A stretch of 32,858 nucleotides of DNA, taken from IMG/VR virus record IMGVR_UViG_3300027769_000089, positions 1 through 32,858 of that record; one strand, given 5' to 3'. Origin of the DNA: a virus (Duplodnaviria > Caudoviricetes). Of this stretch, positions 7,422 to 14,853 are shown piece after piece (position 1 is the stretch's first letter; each line of letters starts with the position of its first letter). The position numbers and the translations under genes were made by a program. The notes beneath the pieces were generated by a model. The model was not told the origin of the DNA and searched no databases. It worked only from the letters and a program-made list of their open reading frames with translations.

Positions 7422-9068
7422 TTATGTTCTTGATGTTTGGTAGTACATGTGTGCACCACGTTGGTTATTATAAAAGAAATATGATGATATTATACCTTCC
7501 ATTGTAGCTGGTAAACTGCTATAAATATTATGATAGCCTGTGTACCAGTGACTATTACCATCAAACCTGTTACTAGATGTAATTAAACGTGTATCTTGTG
7601 TTAAATATTCTGGGTTTTGGATGGTTCTACATATCTCAAATGTTCTGGTTTCTTCAGAAGCAAAAAGGACATACACAAAGTATGTGTTTCTTGTTGAACC
7701 TGTGTTTGTAAAATCATAATCCCAGCTGATAAATTTATTATCCGCATCATCATGTGTAAATGTCAATGTTTCCGAATGTAATAAATTCCATGGTAAATAT
7801 GCATTTGGGTGTTTATCGCATATAATAACTTTAAATGCAGCTGTACCAGATGAGGTATAATCCATCATATAAAAACCAACCTTTTCGATGGTTTCACCAG
7901 CTTCCAAAAACAATGGTTGAATAAATCCAAATTCCTGGTTATCATATTGACCACCCGAACCTTGGTCAAGGTCATTAGCATCGCCATAGATAGCACGCCA
8001 TTGAGTAGCACTGCCATAGATAGTTGGTTGTGATGCCGCAATACCAACTTGTTGTGTTTGTAGCGTATCACCACCGCCACCACCAGCGGATGTACCACTT
8101 GTACCAGCACCACCAGCAGGGCCGACAGGGCCAGATGCACCGAATGATACATTGCTAAATCCAGCACCTTGGGTGTAAATAGCTGCATCCATAAACAATG
8201 TACCTAACTCTGAACGCGATGTTGTATGTACCAATGTACCATCGATGTAATATCTTACGTTTTGAATGTCATAATTAATTAAATAACGTGTTGTTGATAT
8301 AGGAGCTGAACCATGTGTGTAAACCACGGTACCACTTTCAATAACAACTATGTTCGTACTACCAGAATATACACCGATACCATAATCAATAAATGTCGGG
8401 TCATTTGTTGTGATAGAGCCACTTGACATACCAATCAAAGCAAGACCAGTTGTTGATAAAGGTGTGCCACCAACATATGCGCTTCTGAAGCCTTGTAATG
8501 AATAAAAACCACTATTCCAGCTATCACCACCACTTGTTTTGGTAAAGATGTTACCAGATGTTTTTGTAATGTTTGCTGTTGTGGTTACAGTATAACTTGC
8601 CAATCCTTCTTGACCACTTGAACCAGAACTACCAGCAGCACCTGGTGCGCCAGATGAACCGCTTGAACCTGTTGCTCCAGATGAACCACTTGTTCCATAT
8701 GTTTGTCCACTTGAACCAGAACTACCATTAGCACCAGAACTACCAGCAGCGCCATCAACACCGTTTATACCAGACGTACCAGATGAGCCATTGGTACCAT
8801 TTGAGCCAGCCGCACCTATATCACCTGGTGCACCATCTTGTCCACTAGTTCCACTCACACCACTGCTACCAGATGAACCTTTGCTACCGTTTAAGCCAGA
8901 GCTACCAGACGAACCTGTGAACGCGCTACCACTTGTTGAAAACACAATGGTTTGTGAACCACTTTTAACGGCTGGTAATCCATTTTCGTTTATAAAGAAG
9001 GCATGCTGCCCTTCGTTTGTTGTTACACCTGTGGTGGCACCTGTGTACATTAATATTTTTGATGACAT
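7422..9068 (-). CDS. Gly-X-Y (GSS/GTS) repeat fibre protein, 548 aa
   Basis: Long Gly-X-Y tract, a beta-rich domain shared with 9247-12168, and a distinct C-terminal domain. Confidence 0.8.
   Translation of the reverse strand: MSSKILMYTGATTGVTTNEGQHAFFINENGLPAVKSGSQTIVFSTSGSAFTGSSGSSGLNGSKGSSGSSGVSGTSGQDGAPGDIGAAGSNGTNGSSGTSGINGVDGAAGSSGANGSSGSSGQTYGTSGSSGATGSSGSSGAPGAAGSSGSSGQEGLASYTVTTTANITKTSGNIFTKTSGGDSWNSGFYSLQGFRSAYVGGTPLSTTGLALIGMSSGSITTNDPTFIDYGIGVYSGSTNIVVIESGTVVYTHGSAPISTTRYLINYDIQNVRYYIDGTLVHTTSRSELGTLFMDAAIYTQGAGFSNVSFGASGPVGPAGGAGTSGTSAGGGGGDTLQTQQVGIAASQPTIYGSATQWRAIYGDANDLDQGSGGQYDNQEFGFIQPLFLEAGETIEKVGFYMMDYTSSGTAAFKVIICDKHPNAYLPWNLLHSETLTFTHDDADNKFISWDYDFTNTGSTRNTYFVYVLFASEETRTFEICRTIQNPEYLTQDTRLITSSNRFDGNSHWYTGYHNIYSSLPATMEGIISSYFFYNNQRGAHMYYQTSRT
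8139..8579 (-). repeat. Duplicated 147-codon domain, copy 2
   Basis: Ungapped match to 10207-10647; 110/147 aa identical by my manual count. Confidence 0.92.
8604..8915 (-). repeat. Gly-X-Y coding repeat tract
   Basis: GSSGSSGLNG...GSSGQEG with one register break (GQTYG). Confidence 0.9.
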
Positions 9069-9069
9069 A

Positions 9070-9243
9070 TTATAACTGTTCTTTTAATTTATTTAATTCT
9101 TCTTCAAGCTTCGCAATTTTTTCAGCTGGGCTTTCTTCAGTTGGGATATCCTCAATCTCAACTTGTTCATAGCCGATAACCACGTTATGTGGTACACCAA
9201 ATTCGTTTATTTGTGTTTCGTAAATCTCTCTTTGTGCTATCAT
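9070..9243 (-). CDS. 57-aa fibre-associated protein with C-terminal coiled coil (not in ORF track)
   Basis: MIAQREIYETQINEFGVPHNVVIGYEQVEIEDIPTEESPAEKIAKLEEELNKLKEQL; fills the gap between the two fibre genes. Confidence 0.85.
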   Translation of the reverse strand: MIAQREIYETQINEFGVPHNVVIGYEQVEIEDIPTEESPAEKIAKLEEELNKLKEQL

Positions 9244-9246
9244 AAT

Positions 9247-12168
9247 TTATGCGAATGTTACCATGGTTGATAAAGGTGCGTAAGCAGCACCACTACCATA
9301 AAGTGTGTTAGTACCACCGAATATCGCTGCCAATTCAGCCGTTGTTATTGTTTGTGGTGGTAAATTACCTGACATGCCACCTTGTGCAACCGTCTTAAAG
9401 CCACCACCTTGTAAACAATGTAGTTTACTTGTATATAAACCTTGTGTTGAAAGCGTTGCATTTGACCAGTTTGGTGAACAGTTAAGCACATCATAGGTTA
9501 CCAAAGTAGGTGTTTTACTTAATCTACCCCATGTACCAGTTGTTGAGTTTGTGCTTTCAAACTCAACTATCATCATAAGCATTCCATCTGGTAAATAGAA
9601 ACCAGCATTACCATCAGCATCATACATTTGTGTATGACCAATTGTTGATAAACCACCACCAGCTGGTATTGTTATCACAGCTGAATAACCTATCAATGTT
9701 TCTGGTAATGGTAAATATGTTGACTGAGCTGCGTTTGCAGCTGAATAACTTATAGTACCACCACCGTTATTTGTGTAACTATTTACAGATGGGTATCCAA
9801 ATTGAAAATAGTTGTTCGCTACGTATGTACCATAGTAAGTATTCAAGTCCGTAAATGAATTTGTTGTACGACATTGATAGAACATTATTCTTAACTTGGT
9901 TTCAGCTGTTACAGTTGCGTTTTTGTATGGTAATATCGTATTAATTTTATTACCACCAATTCCACCTAAAAATGGGAAATAACCACATTGTAAAGTACCG
10001 TGGGTTGTATCCAATTGTGCTAAAGTTACCTGTGAACCAGGTGATAAATTATCGTTTAAGAACATTCTATTATTTTGAACAGGTACGCGTCCAAACAAGT
10101 TCTTTTTAACATTAATTAAGGATATTGTACCTGGTGTTGTTACCATTGAACCAGTTAATCTATCACCGAATAAGTCATTAAAAGCTACGCTAGGTGCAGC
10201 CAATGGGCCAAATGCCACGCTTGTAAATCCAGCACCTTGGGTGTAGATAGATGCATCCATAAACAAGTTACCAAACATCGGTCTTGGTGTTACATATACT
10301 TGAACACCATCAATGCTATATCTTACATTTTGTGTATCATAGTTGATGCTATATCTTGTTGATGATGTTGGTGCAGCACTATGTGTATAAACCACCGTAC
10401 CACTTTCAATAACAACTATGTTTGTTGACCCAGAATAAACACCGATACCATAGTCAATGAATGTTGGGTCTGTTGTTACAGCACTACCAGATGACATACC
10501 AATTAAAGCAAGGCCAGTGGTTGATGAAGGTACAGCCGATACATAAGCACCAGGGAAACCTTGTTGTGCATAAAAACCTGCATTCCAACTATCACCACCG
10601 CTTGATTTGGTAAATTCGTTACCAGATATTTTATCAACGTTTGCTGTTTCAACAGTTGTGATATTACCAAAACCATCTATACCACTTGTACCAGATGCAC
10701 CGCTAGAACCACTTGTACCGTAAGCAATTCCACCAGTACCTGTATTATATTCAACAGCCATCCATTCAACTGTATCAGAACCAGTATTATCTGTTTGGAA
10801 TGTAAAACCTGTTACGCTTTTGCTAACAATTCTTAAATAATCTTGGTTAACGTTTGCATAACTCTCCATTGTAACCGCATAATTGGTTGATGGCATAGGT
10901 GCACCGAATGAAACTGTGTATGATGTGTTTGTTGTTGTTGCTTGTTGACCAGCACGCGTCTGAACAAAACCAGCGGCGTAACTTGTACCACTTGAACCAC
11001 TAATACCGCTTGTACCTGTTAAACCGCTTGAACCACTAGAACCTGTTATACCGCTGCTTCCAGAACTACCTGTTGCACCACTAGTACCGTTCACACCACT
11101 TGTACCAGCAATACCAACTGACTGAACAATTACTAATATATCATGTCCATTGTTGAATGAATGCCCACCACTAACATATGTAACACCAAAGGTAACATAA
11201 GCAGTTGTGGTTGCTGAAACACTATTTACTGTCCAAATTTGATAGTTTTCACTATCATTTCTGTCTTGTATAATAAGACGTGACCCAATACCTGTTCCAG
11301 CTAATATTACTTCAATGTCATTGCCATCTTGTGTAAGATGGGATAAGTAAACTTCTGTTGAACCTGTTTGTGTTGCGTTATTCCATTCCAAGTTACCGTT
11401 ATTAACTGGGGGTGCTTGACTAGTTGTATGTGCGTTATATCTGTAATATGTTGCGCTAAGACCATTCTGTCCACTGCTTCCAGATGATGCTGATGAACCA
11501 GATGAAGCTGAAGAACCAGACGAACCACTAACACCACTGGTGCCGTTTTGTCCGCTAGAACCGCTTGAACCATTTACACCACTTGTTCCGTTAACACCAG
11601 ACGTACCATTTGCACCAGCTGTCCCAGAAGATGCTGATGAACCACTAGAACCGTTTTCACCAGAGGAACCACTAGTACCGTTAGAGCCACTAGTACCACT
11701 CGAACCAAAAAATGCACCATCAACACCACTAGTACCAGACTGACCACTCGAACCGTTCTGACCAGAGGAACCAGCTGTCGCGTTTCTACCAGACGTACCA
11801 CTTGAACCAGCATATGGGTTTGTAATCACAGTGGTTTGTGCAATATCGTTCTCAATAACTATATTTGCTGGGCCTTGAACGAACACCTGTGAGCTTTCAA
11901 CAACCGCGTTATTTATCTTTAAATCATAGTCATAATAACCACCACCATATTGAAGGAATATAGTACCACCAGTCAGGTTCTCCATTGTTGACCCAGTTAC
12001 TGTGGTAAATTGACATTTGAACCAAGTATCAGTTATTGTTTGAACTATTGGGTCAACTGTCTTGGGTATGTTATAAGTGATATTTGTTAATGTTAATTCA
12101 ACAGTATCACCTGTGGTAACCTGGTGATAAAAAACTACTTCATTAACTGCGAACTGTTCAATCTTCAT
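9247..12168 (-). CDS. Multidomain Gly-X-Y repeat fibre protein, 973 aa
   Basis: Three GSS/GTS tracts separate globular beta-rich domains, including a 'TVSF-x-x-PM-x-x-x-NY-x-V...TGF...W-x-A' fibre module. Confidence 0.82.
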   Translation of the reverse strand: MKIEQFAVNEVVFYHQVTTGDTVELTLTNITYNIPKTVDPIVQTITDTWFKCQFTTVTGSTMENLTGGTIFLQYGGGYYDYDLKINNAVVESSQVFVQGPANIVIENDIAQTTVITNPYAGSSGTSGRNATAGSSGQNGSSGQSGTSGVDGAFFGSSGTSGSNGTSGSSGENGSSGSSASSGTAGANGTSGVNGTSGVNGSSGSSGQNGTSGVSGSSGSSASSGSSASSGSSGQNGLSATYYRYNAHTTSQAPPVNNGNLEWNNATQTGSTEVYLSHLTQDGNDIEVILAGTGIGSRLIIQDRNDSENYQIWTVNSVSATTTAYVTFGVTYVSGGHSFNNGHDILVIVQSVGIAGTSGVNGTSGATGSSGSSGITGSSGSSGLTGTSGISGSSGTSYAAGFVQTRAGQQATTTNTSYTVSFGAPMPSTNYAVTMESYANVNQDYLRIVSKSVTGFTFQTDNTGSDTVEWMAVEYNTGTGGIAYGTSGSSGASGTSGIDGFGNITTVETANVDKISGNEFTKSSGGDSWNAGFYAQQGFPGAYVSAVPSSTTGLALIGMSSGSAVTTDPTFIDYGIGVYSGSTNIVVIESGTVVYTHSAAPTSSTRYSINYDTQNVRYSIDGVQVYVTPRPMFGNLFMDASIYTQGAGFTSVAFGPLAAPSVAFNDLFGDRLTGSMVTTPGTISLINVKKNLFGRVPVQNNRMFLNDNLSPGSQVTLAQLDTTHGTLQCGYFPFLGGIGGNKINTILPYKNATVTAETKLRIMFYQCRTTNSFTDLNTYYGTYVANNYFQFGYPSVNSYTNNGGGTISYSAANAAQSTYLPLPETLIGYSAVITIPAGGGLSTIGHTQMYDADGNAGFYLPDGMLMMIVEFESTNSTTGTWGRLSKTPTLVTYDVLNCSPNWSNATLSTQGLYTSKLHCLQGGGFKTVAQGGMSGNLPPQTITTAELAAIFGGTNTLYGSGAAYAPLSTMVTFA
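10207..10647 (-). repeat. Duplicated 147-codon domain, copy 1
   Basis: Matches 8139-8579 at a constant offset of 2068 bp. Confidence 0.92.
10981..11115 (-). repeat. Gly-X-Y coding repeat tract
   Basis: GIAGTSGVNG...GSSGTS. Confidence 0.9.
11461..11808 (-). repeat. Gly-X-Y coding repeat tract
   Basis: GSSGTSG...GSSGQNG, about 116 codons, with occasional Ala for Gly and one register break (GAFFG). Confidence 0.9.
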
Positions 12169-12186
12169 CTTAATTTGTTATGTTAA

Positions 12187-12213
12187 TAAATATAATAACA
12201 TCAAATACGTTCC
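12187..12213 (-). promoter_or_regulatory. Putative phage late promoter GGAACG-N13-TATATTTA
   Basis: Directly upstream of the fibre operon; same geometry as 3575-3601. Confidence 0.7.
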
Positions 12214-12221
12214 TTATCAAT

Positions 12222-12326
12222 AAAAAAGGCCTAGAGAGAATGGGAGTACAAACTTCTAGGCCTATCTATGGAAACACGCAGTGGAACATGGCAAATGTAG
12301 TTTAATCTAAAAAATAACCACTGCTG
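12222..12326 (-). ncRNA. Candidate small RNA B (about 105 nt)
   Basis: Upstream CTTG-N19-TATATTTA, a 5' stem GCAGTGG/CCACTGC, and a 3' terminator AGGCCTAGA/TCTAGGCCT plus U-run; contains complements of early-gene starts. Confidence 0.55.
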
Positions 12327-12329
12327 TAT

Positions 12330-12360
12330 TAAATATATAAAAACAAAACGTATATTCAAG
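12330..12360 (-). promoter_or_regulatory. Putative promoter for candidate sRNA B
   Basis: CTTG-N19-TATATTTA, a variant of the Bacteroidota -33/-7 consensus TTTG-N19-21-TAnnTTTG. Confidence 0.5.
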
Positions 12361-12379
12361 TATAATTAAAGTTTATTAC

Positions 12380-12450
12380 AAAAAAAAACCACCCTATGAG
12401 GTAAGGTGGTAATTTCTATGTTCTCATACTATGGATATACGTTTCGAACA
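12380..12450 (-). ncRNA. Candidate small RNA A (about 70 nt)
   Basis: Terminator ACCACCUUA-CCUCA-UAGGGUGGU plus U-run, with a G-U pair only on the minus strand and no minus-strand gene upstream. Possible promoter TTTG-N20-TACTATTA at 12485-12454. Confidence 0.45.
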
Positions 12451-12512
12451 TTATAATAGTAGGAACTTCACAAGGTTATTCCAAACTATTTTCAAATTTT
12501 TTTTAAAAATAC

Positions 12513-12543
12513 TTGCTTTAGATGTTCCTTTTGCTTATCTTTG
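12513..12543 (+). promoter_or_regulatory. Bacteroidota housekeeping-type promoter for the early operon
   Basis: TTG-N20-TATCTTTG upstream of ATG 12570. Confidence 0.7.
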
Positions 12544-12569
12544 TGATATATATATTTAAAAACATTATT

Positions 12570-12782
12570 ATGGAAACAAAAAAATGTTGCAGATGCAACC
12601 AACAAAAGCCACTTGAAATGTTTGTGGCTAACAACAAATCAGCGGATGGCCGCAAAGGTTATTGCAAACAATGCCACGCATCTAGGGTCCAGCAATGGCG
12701 CGATAACAACCTAAGTTTGAACAGGGCAGTCCAACGAGCACATTATTATAAACGTAAAGCAAACGCATTACAAGAAAACTAA
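12570..12782 (+). CDS. Small zinc-finger protein (start corrected to 12570)
   Basis: K-x-C-x-x-C...K-x-L-x-x-F...DG...YCK-x-C; resembles the N-terminal Zn module of phage endonuclease VII/HNH proteins without the nuclease domain. Confidence 0.8.
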   Translation: METKKCCRCNQQKPLEMFVANNKSADGRKGYCKQCHASRVQQWRDNNLSLNRAVQRAHYYKRKANALQEN

Positions 12783-12794
12783 AAACTACATACT

Positions 12795-13469
12795 ATGGAA
12801 ACAAAAACAAGCTTTTATCTACACAACGACATGTTGAACGTGTTGGATAAATTAACAGACGAACAAGCTGGAAAGCTATTCAAAGCAATTAGAAATTATC
12901 AATATGGCATCGAAGATGAGTTGGACCTATTGCTTGAAATTACATTTATGCCATTTAAAAATCAATTTGATAGAGACAACCTCAAATATCAAAGTGTTGT
13001 TGAACGCAATAAGGAAAATGGTAAAAAAGGTGGTAGACCAAAAAAAACCCAGGATAACCCAAAAAACCCAAGTGGTTTTCTGAATAACCCAGAGAAACCC
13101 AAAGAAACCCTAAAAGAGAAAGAGAAAGAGAAAGATAATAATAAGGGTAATAATACTGTTAGTGAAACTGATATTGATGGAATTAATTTCTTTAAATCTA
13201 TTAAAGATGAAGAAGAGTTTAATGATGAATTAGGTTGGGATGCTTATCCAGAGGTTTATATACCAAATGTATTTAAAATTGTTTATAACAAACTTGGTTG
13301 TACTAAATCAGATATAAATGATATAAAAAATATGGATGGATACACCAACGGTTCAAATGAAGATAAGTATATTTGTGTATCACAATACATCAATTTAAAT
13401 TATGGTGATAATATAATACCATTTGACATTGCTCAAGATAAATTAAATAAAATTGAATATAATTTCTAA
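12795..13469 (+). CDS. Putative replication initiator (DUF6291-like N-terminus)
   Basis: 'SF-x-L...LTDEQAG-x-LFKAI-x-x-Y', 'NGKKGGRP', then a low-complexity linker carrying DNA repeats. Confidence 0.75.
   Translation: METKTSFYLHNDMLNVLDKLTDEQAGKLFKAIRNYQYGIEDELDLLLEITFMPFKNQFDRDNLKYQSVVERNKENGKKGGRPKKTQDNPKNPSGFLNNPEKPKETLKEKEKEKDNNKGNNTVSETDIDGINFFKSIKDEEEFNDELGWDAYPEVYIPNVFKIVYNKLGCTKSDINDIKNMDGYTNGSNEDKYICVSQYINLNYGDNIIPFDIAQDKLNKIEYNF
13046..13134 (+). repeat. Putative origin: six AACCC iteron cores plus AAAGAG repeats
   Basis: AACCC at 13046, 13056, 13065, 13086, 13096 and 13106 (about 10-bp phase), followed by a purine tract. Confidence 0.6.
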
Positions 13470-13482
13470 ATAAATTAATACC

Positions 13483-13911
13483 ATGGCAAATACATTAACA
13501 CCTCAACAGCAGTTCAAATTAAAAGAACTAAACAACAGACTTTACACAGGTATCAATGGTACCACTAGGGAAGAATTAATTGAAAACTTTGATACATTCC
13601 TTCAACAGTATGAAAAACACATCCAATTTTATGAAGAATTAAACTTTTTCAAGAATAGCGTCAAAGAACGCTTCTACATGAAGCAAATGGAGCTAAGTGT
13701 GGGTAAGACACCAAAGAACCAATTAGAAGCCATTAAAGGGTGGTTAGAACAAGGGAAAACGATAAACTGGATACAAGCAGCTGAATTTTTTGGATGTGGT
13801 AGGCTTGCACCTGTAATTTATGTCTTACGACATAAGCACCAAATGAACATCAAAGATGTGGGTACAAGCCGTTGGGCTGAATATAAATTCATAGATGATG
13901 CGAACGCATAG
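13483..13911 (+). CDS. Protein with C-terminal winged-helix domain (HTH_39-like)
   Basis: 'Q-x-x-x-I-x-x-x-L-x-x-G-x-TI...A...FG-x-x-RLA-x-x-I-x-x-LR' motif. Confidence 0.72.
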   Translation: MANTLTPQQQFKLKELNNRLYTGINGTTREELIENFDTFLQQYEKHIQFYEELNFFKNSVKERFYMKQMELSVGKTPKNQLEAIKGWLEQGKTINWIQAAEFFGCGRLAPVIYVLRHKHQMNIKDVGTSRWAEYKFIDDANA

Positions 13912-13962
13912 CGATGGCAATGCTATAAAGGAAAAGAAATAAAAGAAAGGAAAAGAAAAGAA

Positions 13963-14547
13963 ATGGAAACAAAAGAAAAAATTAGTACCCTATTGGATGA
14001 ATTAATATCATTACTTGACCAAGGTAATGACATTATTGAAGAACTACGTAATCTTGGTCATGACTTTAATAGAAAGGATGGTAAATATGACTTTAAACTT
14101 GACCCAAAGAATATACATGGTCAACTCATAGAAGTTAGATATTCAAAACATATCACATCTGATGATATTGAAAGATACATAGCATATGAAATTAAATCAG
14201 AGAACCCAAACTCATGGATAAAAAGTGGTAACATATACATCGAATTTGAGCAATTTAAAAATGGTGAGTGGGTTGATAGTGGTATATCAATAACAGAAGC
14301 TGATATGTGGGTCCACGTCTTAAAGGATGAGAATGGAAATATATTACATCCAATAGAATTATCAACTAGTTGGTTGAAGCATAGAATAGATGAATTAAAT
14401 TGCCCAATCACAACTAAACCAAGAACAAGTGATGGTACACCAACCAAAGGTTATTTGGTTCCATTAAAAGACCTGTATCACACCCCTAGGGACTACGCAA
14501 AATTCAAACAAAAGATAAACGCTAAAAAAATATTAAAAAACAAATGA
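13963..14547 (+). CDS. Putative PD-(D/E)XK nuclease-fold protein
   Basis: 'YD...EIKSE...SGNIYIE...SGI-x-x-T-x-AD-x-W' pattern common in phage nuclease-like proteins. Confidence 0.62.
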   Translation: METKEKISTLLDELISLLDQGNDIIEELRNLGHDFNRKDGKYDFKLDPKNIHGQLIEVRYSKHITSDDIERYIAYEIKSENPNSWIKSGNIYIEFEQFKNGEWVDSGISITEADMWVHVLKDENGNILHPIELSTSWLKHRIDELNCPITTKPRTSDGTPTKGYLVPLKDLYHTPRDYAKFKQKINAKKILKNK

Positions 14548-14816
14548 AGACAATAACAACCCAATGTGGTGAAGTGGTACTAGAGTTACCCAACGTCTTA
14601 AACCTAAGACATAACATCATCTGTAAAAAATTTGATGGTACAATAGTGTTACTGCATAAACCAACCAACAGACTAAACCTGGTGTTTATGCCAGACGTGA
14701 GCGACTGGACCATCCAATCTTGTTGCTTCGCGGTTGAGAGAATTGTTGAGCCGTTGCCAATAGCATTGACCATTTCAAACCACATCCCAGCGATAGATGA
14801 AAATTTTTCAAAATAA
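14544..14816 (+). CDS. Hypothetical protein
   Basis: ATGA overlap with the upstream gene; fills the operon. Confidence 0.65.
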   Translation: MKTITTQCGEVVLELPNVLNLRHNIICKKFDGTIVLLHKPTNRLNLVFMPDVSDWTIQSCCFAVERIVEPLPIALTISNHIPAIDENFSK

Positions 14817-14817
14817 A

Positions 14818-14849
14818 TTTGGTTGGTAAAAAAATAAGAATTACATTTG
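14818..14849 (+). promoter_or_regulatory. Bacteroidota-type promoter, near-leaderless, for HNH gene
   Basis: TTTG-N20-TACATTTG-N4-ATG. Confidence 0.75.
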
Positions 14850-14853
14850 TGGT

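Noticed and set aside
8139-10647. Diversity-generating retroelement (TR/VR pair) suggested by the duplicated segment
   Set aside because: Both copies are coding and internal, the differences are not adenine-specific, and no reverse transcriptase is visible.
8604-11813. Alternative-frame and antisense ORFs over the Gly-X-Y tracts (e.g. 8791-9075 +, 11540-11743 +, 11574-11813 -)
   Set aside because: Expected shadows of stop-poor repetitive codons; no independent start signals.
12431-12559. 42-codon + strand ORF (MDIRFEHY...)
   Set aside because: Low-complexity, runs through the early promoter boxes and has no evident promoter. Not listed as a CDS, but kept as the alternative explanation for sRNA A.
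12169-12569. CRISPR mini-array or tRNA in the large intergenic region
   Set aside because: No regularly spaced identical repeats, and no cloverleaf with T-loop and acceptor stem.
12522-12569. Track start at 12522 adding a hydrophobic N-terminus
   Set aside because: Overlaps the -7 promoter box; ATG 12570 has the A-rich leader and the shared METK start.
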